The position numbers and the translations under genes were made by a program. From SAR324 cluster bacterium (GTDB lineage Bacteria > SAR324 > NAC60-12), in assembly GCA_014382365.1 (NCBI GenBank), contig JACNJW010000049.1, positions 1,830-65,829 of the forward strand: a stretch of 64,000 nucleotides of DNA, written 5' to 3'. Below, piece after piece: positions 39,369 to 48,622 of the stretch. The notes under the pieces were generated by a model. The model worked only from the letters and a program-made list of their open reading frames with translations, did no database searches and was not told where the DNA came from. Position 1 is the stretch's first letter; every line of letters starts with the position of its first letter.

Positions 39369-40865
39369 TTAAATACTTTGGACTCCAACTACGTTTTGGC
39401 CTTTTAGTTCCTTTAATGTTACCCGCAGCAGTTGATTTCTTAAATCAGGACCGTTTAGATCTTCCAGCACCACACGTATATAATTATCCGTGTAGCCACT
39501 GATTGTACCGTCAGGTTTTCGTGCTTCCCAAAGCACGTTTCTAGTTTGAGCTAAAAACCGCTGATTAAAAGTGCGGCGCTTTTTGCTACTCAAAGAACGT
39601 AATATTTCACCGCGCCTCTGCTTAACTTGTGGATTTATTTGTGCTTCCATCCGGAATGCAGGAGTTCCTTCACGTGTAGAAAAAGGGAAAACATGAAAAT
39701 AAGTTAGCGGCAATTTGTTCAGTAAGTTTAGAGTACTTTCAAACTCAGCCTCGTTTTCTTCAGGAAACCCCACCATGACATCTGTACCGAGACACAGATC
39801 CGGAACGCTCTCGAAGGCTCTCCATATTTCATCGGCATATTCAGTAGCAGTATAACGGCGTTTCATTTGGCTGAGAATAATATCGGATCCAGATTGCAGA
39901 GGCAGGTGGAAAAATGGCACCAGTTTATGTTGTGGATCAGACATGTATTGAAAAAGTATTTCCGGAACAGTAGTTGGTTCAATAGAGCTAATACGGATGC
40001 GGGACAGTCCGGGAAGAGTGTTGAGAAAATCAATCACATCTACAATAGAGCGTTTTCCTGTTTTATAAGTACCCACGTTAACACCTGTGATTACTATTTC
40101 CTGAACGCCCTCATCAAGCAGCATCCGTGCTTCTTCCTGCAAATTTTGAAATTCACGGTAGCGGGAACGACCTCTTGCAAAGGGAATAATACAAAAAGAA
40201 CACATGAAATCGCAACCATCCTGTATTTTTAAAGAAGCGCGTGTGTTTTGCTGTGACATAGAATCACAGATTTGTTGAGGTTCTGAGGCAGTGGAGTTGT
40301 CAGCCTGACCTAGCTTAAGAGCTTGATATTTTGTGCTTTTAGTAATGTATGCAGTACTGTGTGGAATTACCGGATTAGTAAAAGTGCTTTTGTTTATTTT
40401 TGGCCGCACAATTATAGGCGACTTATGAGAATCAATTTGAGACAGATAATCTGTAATCTGCATTTTTTCAGCACTGCCTATGACCAGGTTAACTCCTTCA
40501 ATAGCTGCAATTTCCTCTGGATTAATCTGCGCATAACAACCTACTACAGCAATTGCTGCAGCAGGATTCTTCCGGTGCAGTGTTCGAATTAACTGTCGGT
40601 TTTTTGCATCACTGGGCTCTGTAACGGTACAGGTATTTATCACACAGACTTCTGCCTGTGCTGTTTCTGCAACAACAGTATAACCCTGCTGTTCAAAACT
40701 ACGAGAGAGGGTTTCAGTTTCAGACTGGTTTAAGCGGCAACCGATGGTATGGAAAGAGACACGTTTATTTGCTGGAGCGGCACTATAATCGAACTCGTTA
40801 TTTTCAACAGTTACCGAATCTGTACTACTAGCAGTCTCAGTCAGAAGTGACATTTGGCGGGTCAA
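39369..40865 (-). CDS. mtaB: tRNA t6A37 methylthiotransferase (radical SAM)
   Basis: TIGCRLNQSE, INTCTVT, GCYAQ, KIQDGCDFMCSFCIIPFARG, HVFPFS.REGT, GYTDNY; alternative start ATG 40853. Confidence 0.9.
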   Translation of the reverse strand: MTRQMSLLTETASSTDSVTVENNEFDYSAAPANKRVSFHTIGCRLNQSETETLSRSFEQQGYTVVAETAQAEVCVINTCTVTEPSDAKNRQLIRTLHRKNPAAAIAVVGCYAQINPEEIAAIEGVNLVIGSAEKMQITDYLSQIDSHKSPIIVRPKINKSTFTNPVIPHSTAYITKSTKYQALKLGQADNSTASEPQQICDSMSQQNTRASLKIQDGCDFMCSFCIIPFARGRSRYREFQNLQEEARMLLDEGVQEIVITGVNVGTYKTGKRSIVDVIDFLNTLPGLSRIRISSIEPTTVPEILFQYMSDPQHKLVPFFHLPLQSGSDIILSQMKRRYTATEYADEIWRAFESVPDLCLGTDVMVGFPEENEAEFESTLNLLNKLPLTYFHVFPFSTREGTPAFRMEAQINPQVKQRRGEILRSLSSKKRRTFNQRFLAQTRNVLWEARKPDGTISGYTDNYIRVVLEDLNGPDLRNQLLRVTLKELKGQNVVGVQSI

Positions 40866-41293
40866 ATAGTTGGCTGAGGAATATCTTCTTGATAGTAATG
40901 CATGGTCTTGAGGAATGTGTCAATACTGATTGAGTTCAAAGTTGCAATGGCAATATCATCAATTTCTAGCATTATTTGTGAAAGTGCGATCCCGATTTCG
41001 GTATCGTCACCTTCTTCAGGAATAACCGGAGGTTGTCTGATATCTTCAAAAACCTCTGCAATATCCAGAAGAGTAGTTCGCTTTTTATTTCCGATAAAGC
41101 GATAACCACCACCAGCTCCACGCACTGAAGTGACTAAACGTGAGCGGACTAATGAGTGGAGTACTTTTACTAAATGGTGAACTGAGATTTCGTATTTGTT
41201 AGCAATTTCAGTCGCTGAAAGGTGACGCTCAGGACTGTTTGCTAACTCCAAAACTGCAAAAAGTGCAAAGCGTGTTGCTTTATTTAATTTCAT
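40862..41293 (-). CDS. badM: Cys-free Rrf2-family repressor, BadM-like
   Basis: AVLELA, IANKYEIS.HHL.KVL, SVRGAGGGYRF.GN.KRTTL; no cysteines; adjacent to a BadL-like GNAT. Confidence 0.75.
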   Translation of the reverse strand: MKLNKATRFALFAVLELANSPERHLSATEIANKYEISVHHLVKVLHSLVRSRLVTSVRGAGGGYRFIGNKKRTTLLDIAEVFEDIRQPPVIPEEGDDTEIGIALSQIMLEIDDIAIATLNSISIDTFLKTMHYYQEDIPQPTI

Positions 41294-41341
41294 AGTCTTT
41301 CAAGGATAATAAGTTTTCTGCAGTATTTATAGAATACGGTT

Positions 41342-41833
41342 TTAATTTGTAACATTTTTTTCGAGTTGAATAAATGGGCCACTCCGCATTCCCTGACTGC
41401 GAAAAAAAGACATATTCAGATTGTCGTTGCGTGCCAGCATAGTACGAACCTTGTCAATTCCTGCCTCTCTAAAGTGTTCACAGACACTTTCAAACAAACC
41501 GCTTCCTACACCCATTTCACGTGCATCATTATGTACACCTAGAGCAAAAATCCAGCCGCAGGGTGGTGAACCAAATTCCCAGGCTCGAACTTCGCCTAGA
41601 ATATATCCACAAAAACAAGAGTCGTTTTCTGCAACATGGAAAAAACCGTCGTAACTGTTGCCGTAACGTTCAAAGGCATCGCTCCAATAATCTTCCTTTT
41701 TTATCCCTGTATTTTGTGAGTCCAACTTTATTATTTCCGGAAGATCTGCAGCAATTGCATCGCGAATAATAAATTTGTGTTCCGGTGATATGGTCTCAGT
41801 CTGATGGATTATGTGTGGTTCTTTTTTACTCAT
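41342..41833 (-). CDS. badL: GNAT N-acetyltransferase, BadL-like
   Basis: GEVRAWEFGSPPCGWIFA.GV, VRTM, SFFRSQGM..GP..QLEK pattern as in BadL-type proteins. Confidence 0.75.
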   Translation of the reverse strand: MSKKEPHIIHQTETISPEHKFIIRDAIAADLPEIIKLDSQNTGIKKEDYWSDAFERYGNSYDGFFHVAENDSCFCGYILGEVRAWEFGSPPCGWIFALGVHNDAREMGVGSGLFESVCEHFREAGIDKVRTMLARNDNLNMSFFRSQGMRSGPFIQLEKNVTN

Positions 41834-41888
41834 ATCATGATCTTTCTAACTTGACTCTCTGTAACCTAAATTGTATCGTTGTATTCTG

Positions 41889-41912
41889 AAATAAGTAATT
41901 TAGTACTTATTT
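41889..41912. promoter_or_regulatory. Palindromic operator between badL and boxC (candidate BadM site)
   Basis: AAATAAGTA-ATTTAG-TACTTATTT with perfect 9-bp arms; weaker copy at 41941-41964. Confidence 0.65.
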
Positions 41913-41999
41913 TAAGCATAATATTGGAAGAGCCAAAAGTCAAAGTAATATTTGGTACTTAGTTAAGCTCTCAAATTAATCAGGAGGTAATTAATAATA

Positions 42000-43649
42000 A
42001 TGATTGAATTTAACACAGACCCTGACCAGTATCAACACTGGTCTGTAGAATACAACAGTCCTATAGCAACTTTAAAGTTGAAAGTTAACGAAGATGGAGG
42101 TTTGCAGCCAGGATACAAATTAAAACTCAATTCTTATGATTTAGGAGTTGATATAGAATTACATGATGCAGTTCAGCGGTTGCGTTTTGAGCATCCGGAA
42201 ATTAAGACCGTAGTGCTGACTTCAGCCATGGAAAAAGTGTTTTGTGCCGGAGCAAATATTAAAATGCTTGGACTCTCTACTCATGCACATAAAGTGAATT
42301 TTTGCAAATTTACAAACGAAACCAGAAATTCAATTGAGGACGCAAGCCGCTTTTCCGGACAAACATATATCACGGCCGTTAATGGCACTGCTGCAGGCGG
42401 TGGATATGAACTGGCTCTTGCCAGTGATTATATCATGCTGGTTGATGACAGTTCCAGTGCAGTATCATTGCCGGAAGTACCACTGTTAGCAGTATTACCT
42501 GGTACAGGAGGATTGACTCGAGTTGTTGATAAACGCAAAGTACGTCGTGATCATGCAGACTTTTTTTGTACAGTTACTGAGGGAATGCGCGGCAAACGTG
42601 CAGTTGAGTGGAACCTGATTGATGAACTTGTACCTCGTTCAAAATTTATAGATACAGTAACAGAACGTGCTTTAGAATTTGCAGAAAAATCTTCAAGGCC
42701 GGATGATGTGCAGGGTATCACTCTGACTCCGCTCAAGCGCAAAATTGAAGGTGATCGAATCAGCTATGAGCATCTTACTATCGAATTTGAACGCAGTTCT
42801 GGAATTGTAAACCTGACTCTGCATGCACCAGAAAGTGATTTGCCGGCAGAACCAGAAAGTATACTGGTTGCAGGTGCAGATTACTGGCCTTTGGCAATTG
42901 CTCGAGAACTCGACGATGCTATCATGCATTTGTCCTTTAATGAACTTGAGTATGGTACATGGGTCATACGTACAAAAGGTAGCGCAGATTTAGTCGCAGC
43001 AGTTGATCAGACCTTAATTGCCCATCAGGATCACTGGCTGGTGCGGGAAATTATGCTGAACCTAAAACGTGTCTTTAAACGTCTTGATCTGGTAGCTCGT
43101 AGTCTGATTACTTTAATAGAACCCGGAAGTTGTTTTTGCGGTACTTTGTTGGAATTAGTTTTGGCGGCAGACAGAAGTTTTATGCTGGACGGCACATTTG
43201 AAGACAGCGAGATGGATCCGGCTGTACTGAAGCCAACTGAAATGAATTTTGGTCCACTTCCCATGTGTAATGATTTAACACGTTTGCAAACGCGATTTTT
43301 GAATAATCCTGACAAAGTAGAAAATGTGCGGTCAGAAATCTGTCAGGACCTGGACGCAGTTGCAGCTGATGAATTAGGCTTGGTGACGTTTATTCCGGAT
43401 GATATTGATTGGGAAGATGAGGTGCGACTGGCTGTAGAAGAACGGGCCAGTTTTTCACCGGATGCTTTAACCGGAATGGAAGCATCGTTGCGTTTTGCCG
43501 GACCGGAAACATTGGAAACAAAAATCTTCGGCAGACTGACTGCATGGCAAAACTGGATTTTTCAAAGGCCAAATGCAGTAGGCGAAGAGGGTGCTTTACA
43601 GCTCTATGGAACTGGACAACAAGCCGATTTTGATAAAAAGCGCGTTTAA
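42000..43649 (+). CDS. boxC: 2,3-epoxybenzoyl-CoA dihydrolase
   Basis: Y.LKLNSYDLGVDIEL.DA, HAHKVNFCKFTNETRN, PEVPLLAVLPGTGG, LTAWQNWIFQRPNA; RBS AGGAGG. Confidence 0.95.
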   Translation: MIEFNTDPDQYQHWSVEYNSPIATLKLKVNEDGGLQPGYKLKLNSYDLGVDIELHDAVQRLRFEHPEIKTVVLTSAMEKVFCAGANIKMLGLSTHAHKVNFCKFTNETRNSIEDASRFSGQTYITAVNGTAAGGGYELALASDYIMLVDDSSSAVSLPEVPLLAVLPGTGGLTRVVDKRKVRRDHADFFCTVTEGMRGKRAVEWNLIDELVPRSKFIDTVTERALEFAEKSSRPDDVQGITLTPLKRKIEGDRISYEHLTIEFERSSGIVNLTLHAPESDLPAEPESILVAGADYWPLAIARELDDAIMHLSFNELEYGTWVIRTKGSADLVAAVDQTLIAHQDHWLVREIMLNLKRVFKRLDLVARSLITLIEPGSCFCGTLLELVLAADRSFMLDGTFEDSEMDPAVLKPTEMNFGPLPMCNDLTRLQTRFLNNPDKVENVRSEICQDLDAVAADELGLVTFIPDDIDWEDEVRLAVEERASFSPDALTGMEASLRFAGPETLETKIFGRLTAWQNWIFQRPNAVGEEGALQLYGTGQQADFDKKRV

Positions 43650-43779
43650 TTATTTTGTTTTTAAAATAGGGATCAGAGACGATACAGAATTGTTTGAGCA
43701 AACTAAGTCAATTCTATAGTATCAACTCCCTCAATTTAGATTTTAATCAATACATTTAAGAAGATTAGCAAAGGTTTTA

Positions 43780-45195
43780 ATGAAAATTAATTATAATGAA
43801 AAAATACCCAACAATGTAGACCTCAGCAGTGACCGTCGCTTACAGCGTGCTTTGGAACGTTGGCAACCGGAGTTTTTAAACTGGTGGGACGAACTGGGAC
43901 CTGAAAATAGTATGGAACTTGAGGTGTACCTACGCACTGCAATCAGTGTTGAAAAAGAGGGTTGGGCACATTTTGATTATGTGAAAATGCCAGATTATCG
44001 TTGGGGTATTTTTCTAACTCCTTCAGATTCAGACAGCAAAATCAATTTTGGTATTCATAAAGGACAACCAGTCTGGCAGGAAGTTCCGGGAGAGTACCGT
44101 TCAGAGTTGCGCCGTTTGATTGTAACACAGGGTGACACTGAACCTGCTTCAGTTGAACAGCAAAGATATTTAGGCAATACCTGCCCTTCACTTTATGATT
44201 TACGCAACCTGTTTCAGGTCAACGTTGAGGAAGGTCGTCATTTGTGGGCCATGGTTTATTTGCTGCAGGCTTATTTTGGTAGGGATGGTAGAGAAGAAGC
44301 AGAAGCCATGCTGGAGAGACATTCAGGTGATCCGGATAAACCCAGAATTCTGGAAGCATTCAATGAAGAGACTCCGGACTGGCTTTCATTTTTTATGTTT
44401 ACATATTTCACGGATCGAGATGGAAAATTCCAATTGGGTTCACTGGCAGAATCCGGATTTGATCCCCTTGCCCGTTCGTGCCGTTTTATGCTGACAGAAG
44501 AGGCACATCACATGTTTGTGGGAGAAACCGGTGTGGGAAGAGTTGTACAGCGAGCCTGTGATTTAATGAATGACTACAATACTGATGATATTCGGCAGTA
44601 TGGAGGTATTGATTTGCCGACAATTCAAAAATACCTGAATTTTCATTTTAGTGTTTCAACAGATTTATTTGGCCAGGAACTCTCTACAAATGCGGCAACT
44701 TATTATAATACCGGAATCAAAGGTCGATTCGGAGAAACAAAAATTGATGATGATCATTTGCTGCATGATTCAAATTATTCAATTCTGGAATTGTGTGGAG
44801 ATAAGATTGTCAGTACCGATGTTCCTGCTTTGAATGCAGTCAATGAACGCTTGCGGGATGATTACATTGTAGACTGCGATTTAGGAGTACGGCGTTGGAA
44901 CAAAATAATTGAAACTGCCGGAATTGATTTTCGCCTCAAACTGCCTCATCGTGCGTTTCACCGTGGAATTGGGCAATTTTCCGAAATACAAACTGATCTT
45001 GAAGGCAAAATCATCTCTCAGGCAGAATGGGATCAACGTCAGCAGGATTGGCTTCCAACTCAGGAAGATCAGGCCTTTGTACAGTCTTTAATGCAACAGG
45101 TTTTGGAACCAGGGAAAATTGCGGGCTGGATCGCTCCGCCAAAAGGTAAAATCAACCGCCAGGATTTTGAGTTTGAGTTTGTACGCTTCAACTGA
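43780..45195 (+). CDS. boxB: Benzoyl-CoA 2,3-epoxidase diiron subunit
   Basis: IPNNVDL, QGDTEPASVEQQ, VNVEEGRHLWAM, TDRDGK, TEEAHHM. Confidence 0.95.
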   Translation: MKINYNEKIPNNVDLSSDRRLQRALERWQPEFLNWWDELGPENSMELEVYLRTAISVEKEGWAHFDYVKMPDYRWGIFLTPSDSDSKINFGIHKGQPVWQEVPGEYRSELRRLIVTQGDTEPASVEQQRYLGNTCPSLYDLRNLFQVNVEEGRHLWAMVYLLQAYFGRDGREEAEAMLERHSGDPDKPRILEAFNEETPDWLSFFMFTYFTDRDGKFQLGSLAESGFDPLARSCRFMLTEEAHHMFVGETGVGRVVQRACDLMNDYNTDDIRQYGGIDLPTIQKYLNFHFSVSTDLFGQELSTNAATYYNTGIKGRFGETKIDDDHLLHDSNYSILELCGDKIVSTDVPALNAVNERLRDDYIVDCDLGVRRWNKIIETAGIDFRLKLPHRAFHRGIGQFSEIQTDLEGKIISQAEWDQRQQDWLPTQEDQAFVQSLMQQVLEPGKIAGWIAPPKGKINRQDFEFEFVRFN

Positions 45196-45305
45196 TTTCG
45201 CGGAAAATTTGACACAGTTAGTTTTAGAAGCACGGATTTAAACTTTTAGAGAAATAATCCGTGCCAAGCTGTGAAGACAATGGAACTTTAAAACCAGGGA
45301 AAAAC

Positions 45306-46904
45306 ATGCAAAAAAACACCGTTAGCATTGATACTTCTGTCAGTCCGGCAAAAATAGAATATTCAGCAGTTTTTAATGTTGCCGTACCGTTTATCGATCG
45401 CCACCTTGATGAAGGCCGCAAAGATAAAGTCATCATCCGCACAACAGGTGGAGAAGAAGTGACTTTTGGAGAATTGGCTGAGAGAGTAAACCAGTCAGGA
45501 AATGTATTAATAAAATTAGGTTTGCATTCAGGTGACCGGCTTTTAATGATGGTCAAGGATTCACCGGAATTTTTCTATCTGTTTTGGGGTGCGATTAAGG
45601 CGGGAATTGTGCCTGTTCCTTTGAATACACTTTTGCGTGCCAAAGATTATGCTTTCATGATTGAAGATTCCGGAGCAGCAGCTGTGATCTACTCACCGGA
45701 ATTTCAAGGTGAAGTTGAACCAGCCCTGGAACAACTGACAACAAAACCGGAAATAGTTTTACTGACTGAAGGCGAATCCGGATGTTTTCTGGAAAAAATG
45801 AATTCTGCAGATTCTAATCTTGAAGCTGCTCCAGCGTCCGCTACAGATGATTGTTTTTGGCTTTATTCATCAGGAACCACAGGACGACCAAAGGGTGCGG
45901 TGCACAGTCACCGTGATATGATTTTTACCAGTCAGCATTACGGCAATGATACTCTAGGTGTACGTGAAAATGATCTATGTTTTTCTGCAGCAAAGTTGTT
46001 TTTTGCTTATGGTCTGGGGAACGGTATGACCTTTCCGTTGTGGGCAGGAGCAAGTTGCGTTTTATTTCCTGCCCGCCCCACACCAGAAACTACTTTTGAG
46101 GTGATTGAGAGATTTAAACCGACTCTTTATTTTGGTGTGCCAACACTTTATGCTGCTCAGTTACAGGCACTTGAATCTGCGGAGAGTGAAAGCAGCACTC
46201 CGGATTTTTCTTCACTACGGATGTCTGTTTCTGCAGGCGAGGCCTTACCGGCAGATATTTTCAGGCGCTGGAAAGAACAGAGTGGAACGGTAATTTTAGA
46301 CGGCATAGGTTCAACTGAAGCCCTGCATATTTTTATTTCAAATCGTGCGGATGATATCAAAGCCGGAAGCAGTGGGCGCATGGTTCCTGGATATGCCGCA
46401 AAAATTGTGGATGAACAAGGTAATGAAGTTAGCAAAGGTGAGGAAGGACGGTTGCTGATTCAGGGTGATTCAAGTTGTAAATATTATTGGAATAATCCGG
46501 AAAAAACTGCAGCCACTATTGTAGACGGCTGGCTCAATACCGGAGACACCTATCATCAGGATGAGGAAGGCTATTATGTATATGGAGGTCGTAGCGACGA
46601 CATGATGAAAGTCGGCGGAATTTGGTGTTCGCCTTTTGAAATTGAGGCCAAATTGGTGGAACATCCAAAAGTACTGGAAGCTGCGGTTGTTGGAAGGGAG
46701 GATGATTCAGGTTTAATCAAACCTGAGGCACATGTGGTTCTTAAAGCTGCAGCAGATGCAACAGATGAAACTTCTGTAGAATTGCTTCAGCATTGTAAAA
46801 AAGGACTGGCACCTTACAAATATCCGCGCTGGTTCCAGTTTCCAGCAGAGTTGCCGAAAACCGCAACCGGTAAAATACAGCGTTTTAAACTACGTTCAAA
46901 ATAA
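45306..46904 (+). CDS. bclA: Benzoate-CoA ligase family protein
   Basis: WLYSSGTTGRPKG, SAAKLFFAYGLGN, DGIGSTEALHIFISN, TGD, LPKTATGKIQRF; ATG 45306 preferred to GTG 45261. Confidence 0.88.
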   Translation: MQKNTVSIDTSVSPAKIEYSAVFNVAVPFIDRHLDEGRKDKVIIRTTGGEEVTFGELAERVNQSGNVLIKLGLHSGDRLLMMVKDSPEFFYLFWGAIKAGIVPVPLNTLLRAKDYAFMIEDSGAAAVIYSPEFQGEVEPALEQLTTKPEIVLLTEGESGCFLEKMNSADSNLEAAPASATDDCFWLYSSGTTGRPKGAVHSHRDMIFTSQHYGNDTLGVRENDLCFSAAKLFFAYGLGNGMTFPLWAGASCVLFPARPTPETTFEVIERFKPTLYFGVPTLYAAQLQALESAESESSTPDFSSLRMSVSAGEALPADIFRRWKEQSGTVILDGIGSTEALHIFISNRADDIKAGSSGRMVPGYAAKIVDEQGNEVSKGEEGRLLIQGDSSCKYYWNNPEKTAATIVDGWLNTGDTYHQDEEGYYVYGGRSDDMMKVGGIWCSPFEIEAKLVEHPKVLEAAVVGREDDSGLIKPEAHVVLKAAADATDETSVELLQHCKKGLAPYKYPRWFQFPAELPKTATGKIQRFKLRSK

Positions 46905-46934
46905 AATATAACAGACCTAACCAAAAGGAATAAG

Positions 46935-48125
46935 ATGTTAAACAATGCCTTCATACCTTACCGTGGCTATTACAGTTCTCCATTTGCACGCTGGCAGGGT
47001 AGTTTTGCCAATGAAAATGCGATCAAATTGGGAGCAGAAACCTCTAAACGCTGGTTTGAGCAAAAAAAATGGGATCCCAATATCATTGATTATTTGTTTC
47101 TGGGATCAACGGTGCATCAAAAACACGGCTTTTACGGAGGTCCCTGGGCTTCAGCTATGATGGGTGCAGAAAACATTCCTGGAGTTATCATCAGCCAAGC
47201 CTGTTCAACTTCCACAATTTCTGTTTATCAGGCAGCAATTGGCGTGGAAACAGGAATGTATGAAACTGCCTATTGTTTGATGACCGACCGTTGTTCCAAT
47301 GGTCCTCACAGTCTCTGGCCTAATCCGGGCGGACCTGGTGGACAGGTAGTTTCTGAAGATTGGGTGATGGATAATTTCAACAAGGATCCCTGGGCCGGTG
47401 GTGCAATGATTCAAACTGCAGAAAATGTGGCTGGAGTGGCAGGCTTGACACGTGAGCAGTGTGATTCAATCACCTTGAGGCGTTATGCACAATATCAGGA
47501 TGCACTTGCGGATGATCGTGCTTTCCAGAAACGCTACATGTTTCCGGTGGAATTGAAAATTTCCAGAAAGAAAACTATTACTGTTGATGCCGACGAAGGT
47601 ATTACAGAAACCACTGCAGAAGGTCTGGAAAAACTTCGACCTGTGATGCCGGACGGTGTTCACACTTTTGGCTCACAAACTCATCCTGCTGACGGTCAAA
47701 GCGCAATCACTGTGACCACAAGAGAAAAGGCCGATGAACTGAGTGAAGATACCAATATCAGCATTCAGGTTTTGTCTTACGGTTATGCCCGTACAAAAAA
47801 AGCACATATGGCGATGGCCGTTGCTCCTGCATCACAAATGGCACTCAACGGAGCAAATATCAAGGCCGGAGATTTGACTGCCGTCAAAACACACAATCCT
47901 TTTGCTTCCAACGATTTGTACCTGGCACAGGAGCTTGGTCTGGACGTTGATTCCATGAATAATTATGGTAGTTCCTTAATTTATGGACATCCACAGGGGC
48001 CAACTGTTGGACGTTTGCTGATGGAAGGTATTGAAGAACTGGTAATAAAAGGCGGCGGAAATTTACTGGTTGCCGGTTGTGCCGCTGGAGACACTGCTGC
48101 AGCAATTGTTTTGAAAGTCAGTTAA
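46935..48125 (+). CDS. Thiolase family protein
   Basis: Active-site SQACSTS, KTHNPF, YGHPQG, GCAAGD. Confidence 0.85.
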   Translation: MLNNAFIPYRGYYSSPFARWQGSFANENAIKLGAETSKRWFEQKKWDPNIIDYLFLGSTVHQKHGFYGGPWASAMMGAENIPGVIISQACSTSTISVYQAAIGVETGMYETAYCLMTDRCSNGPHSLWPNPGGPGGQVVSEDWVMDNFNKDPWAGGAMIQTAENVAGVAGLTREQCDSITLRRYAQYQDALADDRAFQKRYMFPVELKISRKKTITVDADEGITETTAEGLEKLRPVMPDGVHTFGSQTHPADGQSAITVTTREKADELSEDTNISIQVLSYGYARTKKAHMAMAVAPASQMALNGANIKAGDLTAVKTHNPFASNDLYLAQELGLDVDSMNNYGSSLIYGHPQGPTVGRLLMEGIEELVIKGGGNLLVAGCAAGDTAAAIVLKVS

Positions 48126-48189
48126 ATTAAATTGTTTTTACGAATGAACGACTTTTTATGTTGTTCATTTTTCATCCCTTCTCAATTCT

Positions 48190-48229
48190 AATTCCGGGTA
48201 ATGTGTGGCGCAGCACAAGCCCCGGAATT
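48190..48229 (+). terminator. Stem-loop after the box-bcl-thiolase operon
   Basis: AATTCCGGG...CCCGGAATT outer stem with inner TGTG/CACA pairing, followed by T-rich sequence. Confidence 0.45.
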
Positions 48230-48622
48230 GATTTGTGTTTTCAAAATCTCTACTCATTTCCATATTTTTCATGCTGAGGCAAAACATTGCTGCGGTATGA
48301 AAATGCGTCTTGTCAAATAAAGAATCTTCATCACTTTAGTTAGCTACAAGACACAATCTTACCAAGAAGTGTATTGTTTGAATGATGAATTGAAATTCCA
48401 TTTGAAGAACAGTAGAATAACGCATATAGAGATAACTCAATGCAGATGCTTGATTATACGGTAATTATCAACTTATCAGGGAAAGTTGCCTGAATAAACT
48501 CTATGTGGGGCATTGTGCCTGAATTGCCAGATAATAGTAACTAATCAGGTCATTTTGCCGCTCATCTCGGCATTAGCCAACATCGGTTCATCTTTAATGA
48601 GTAATATAAGGGGAAAATAATC

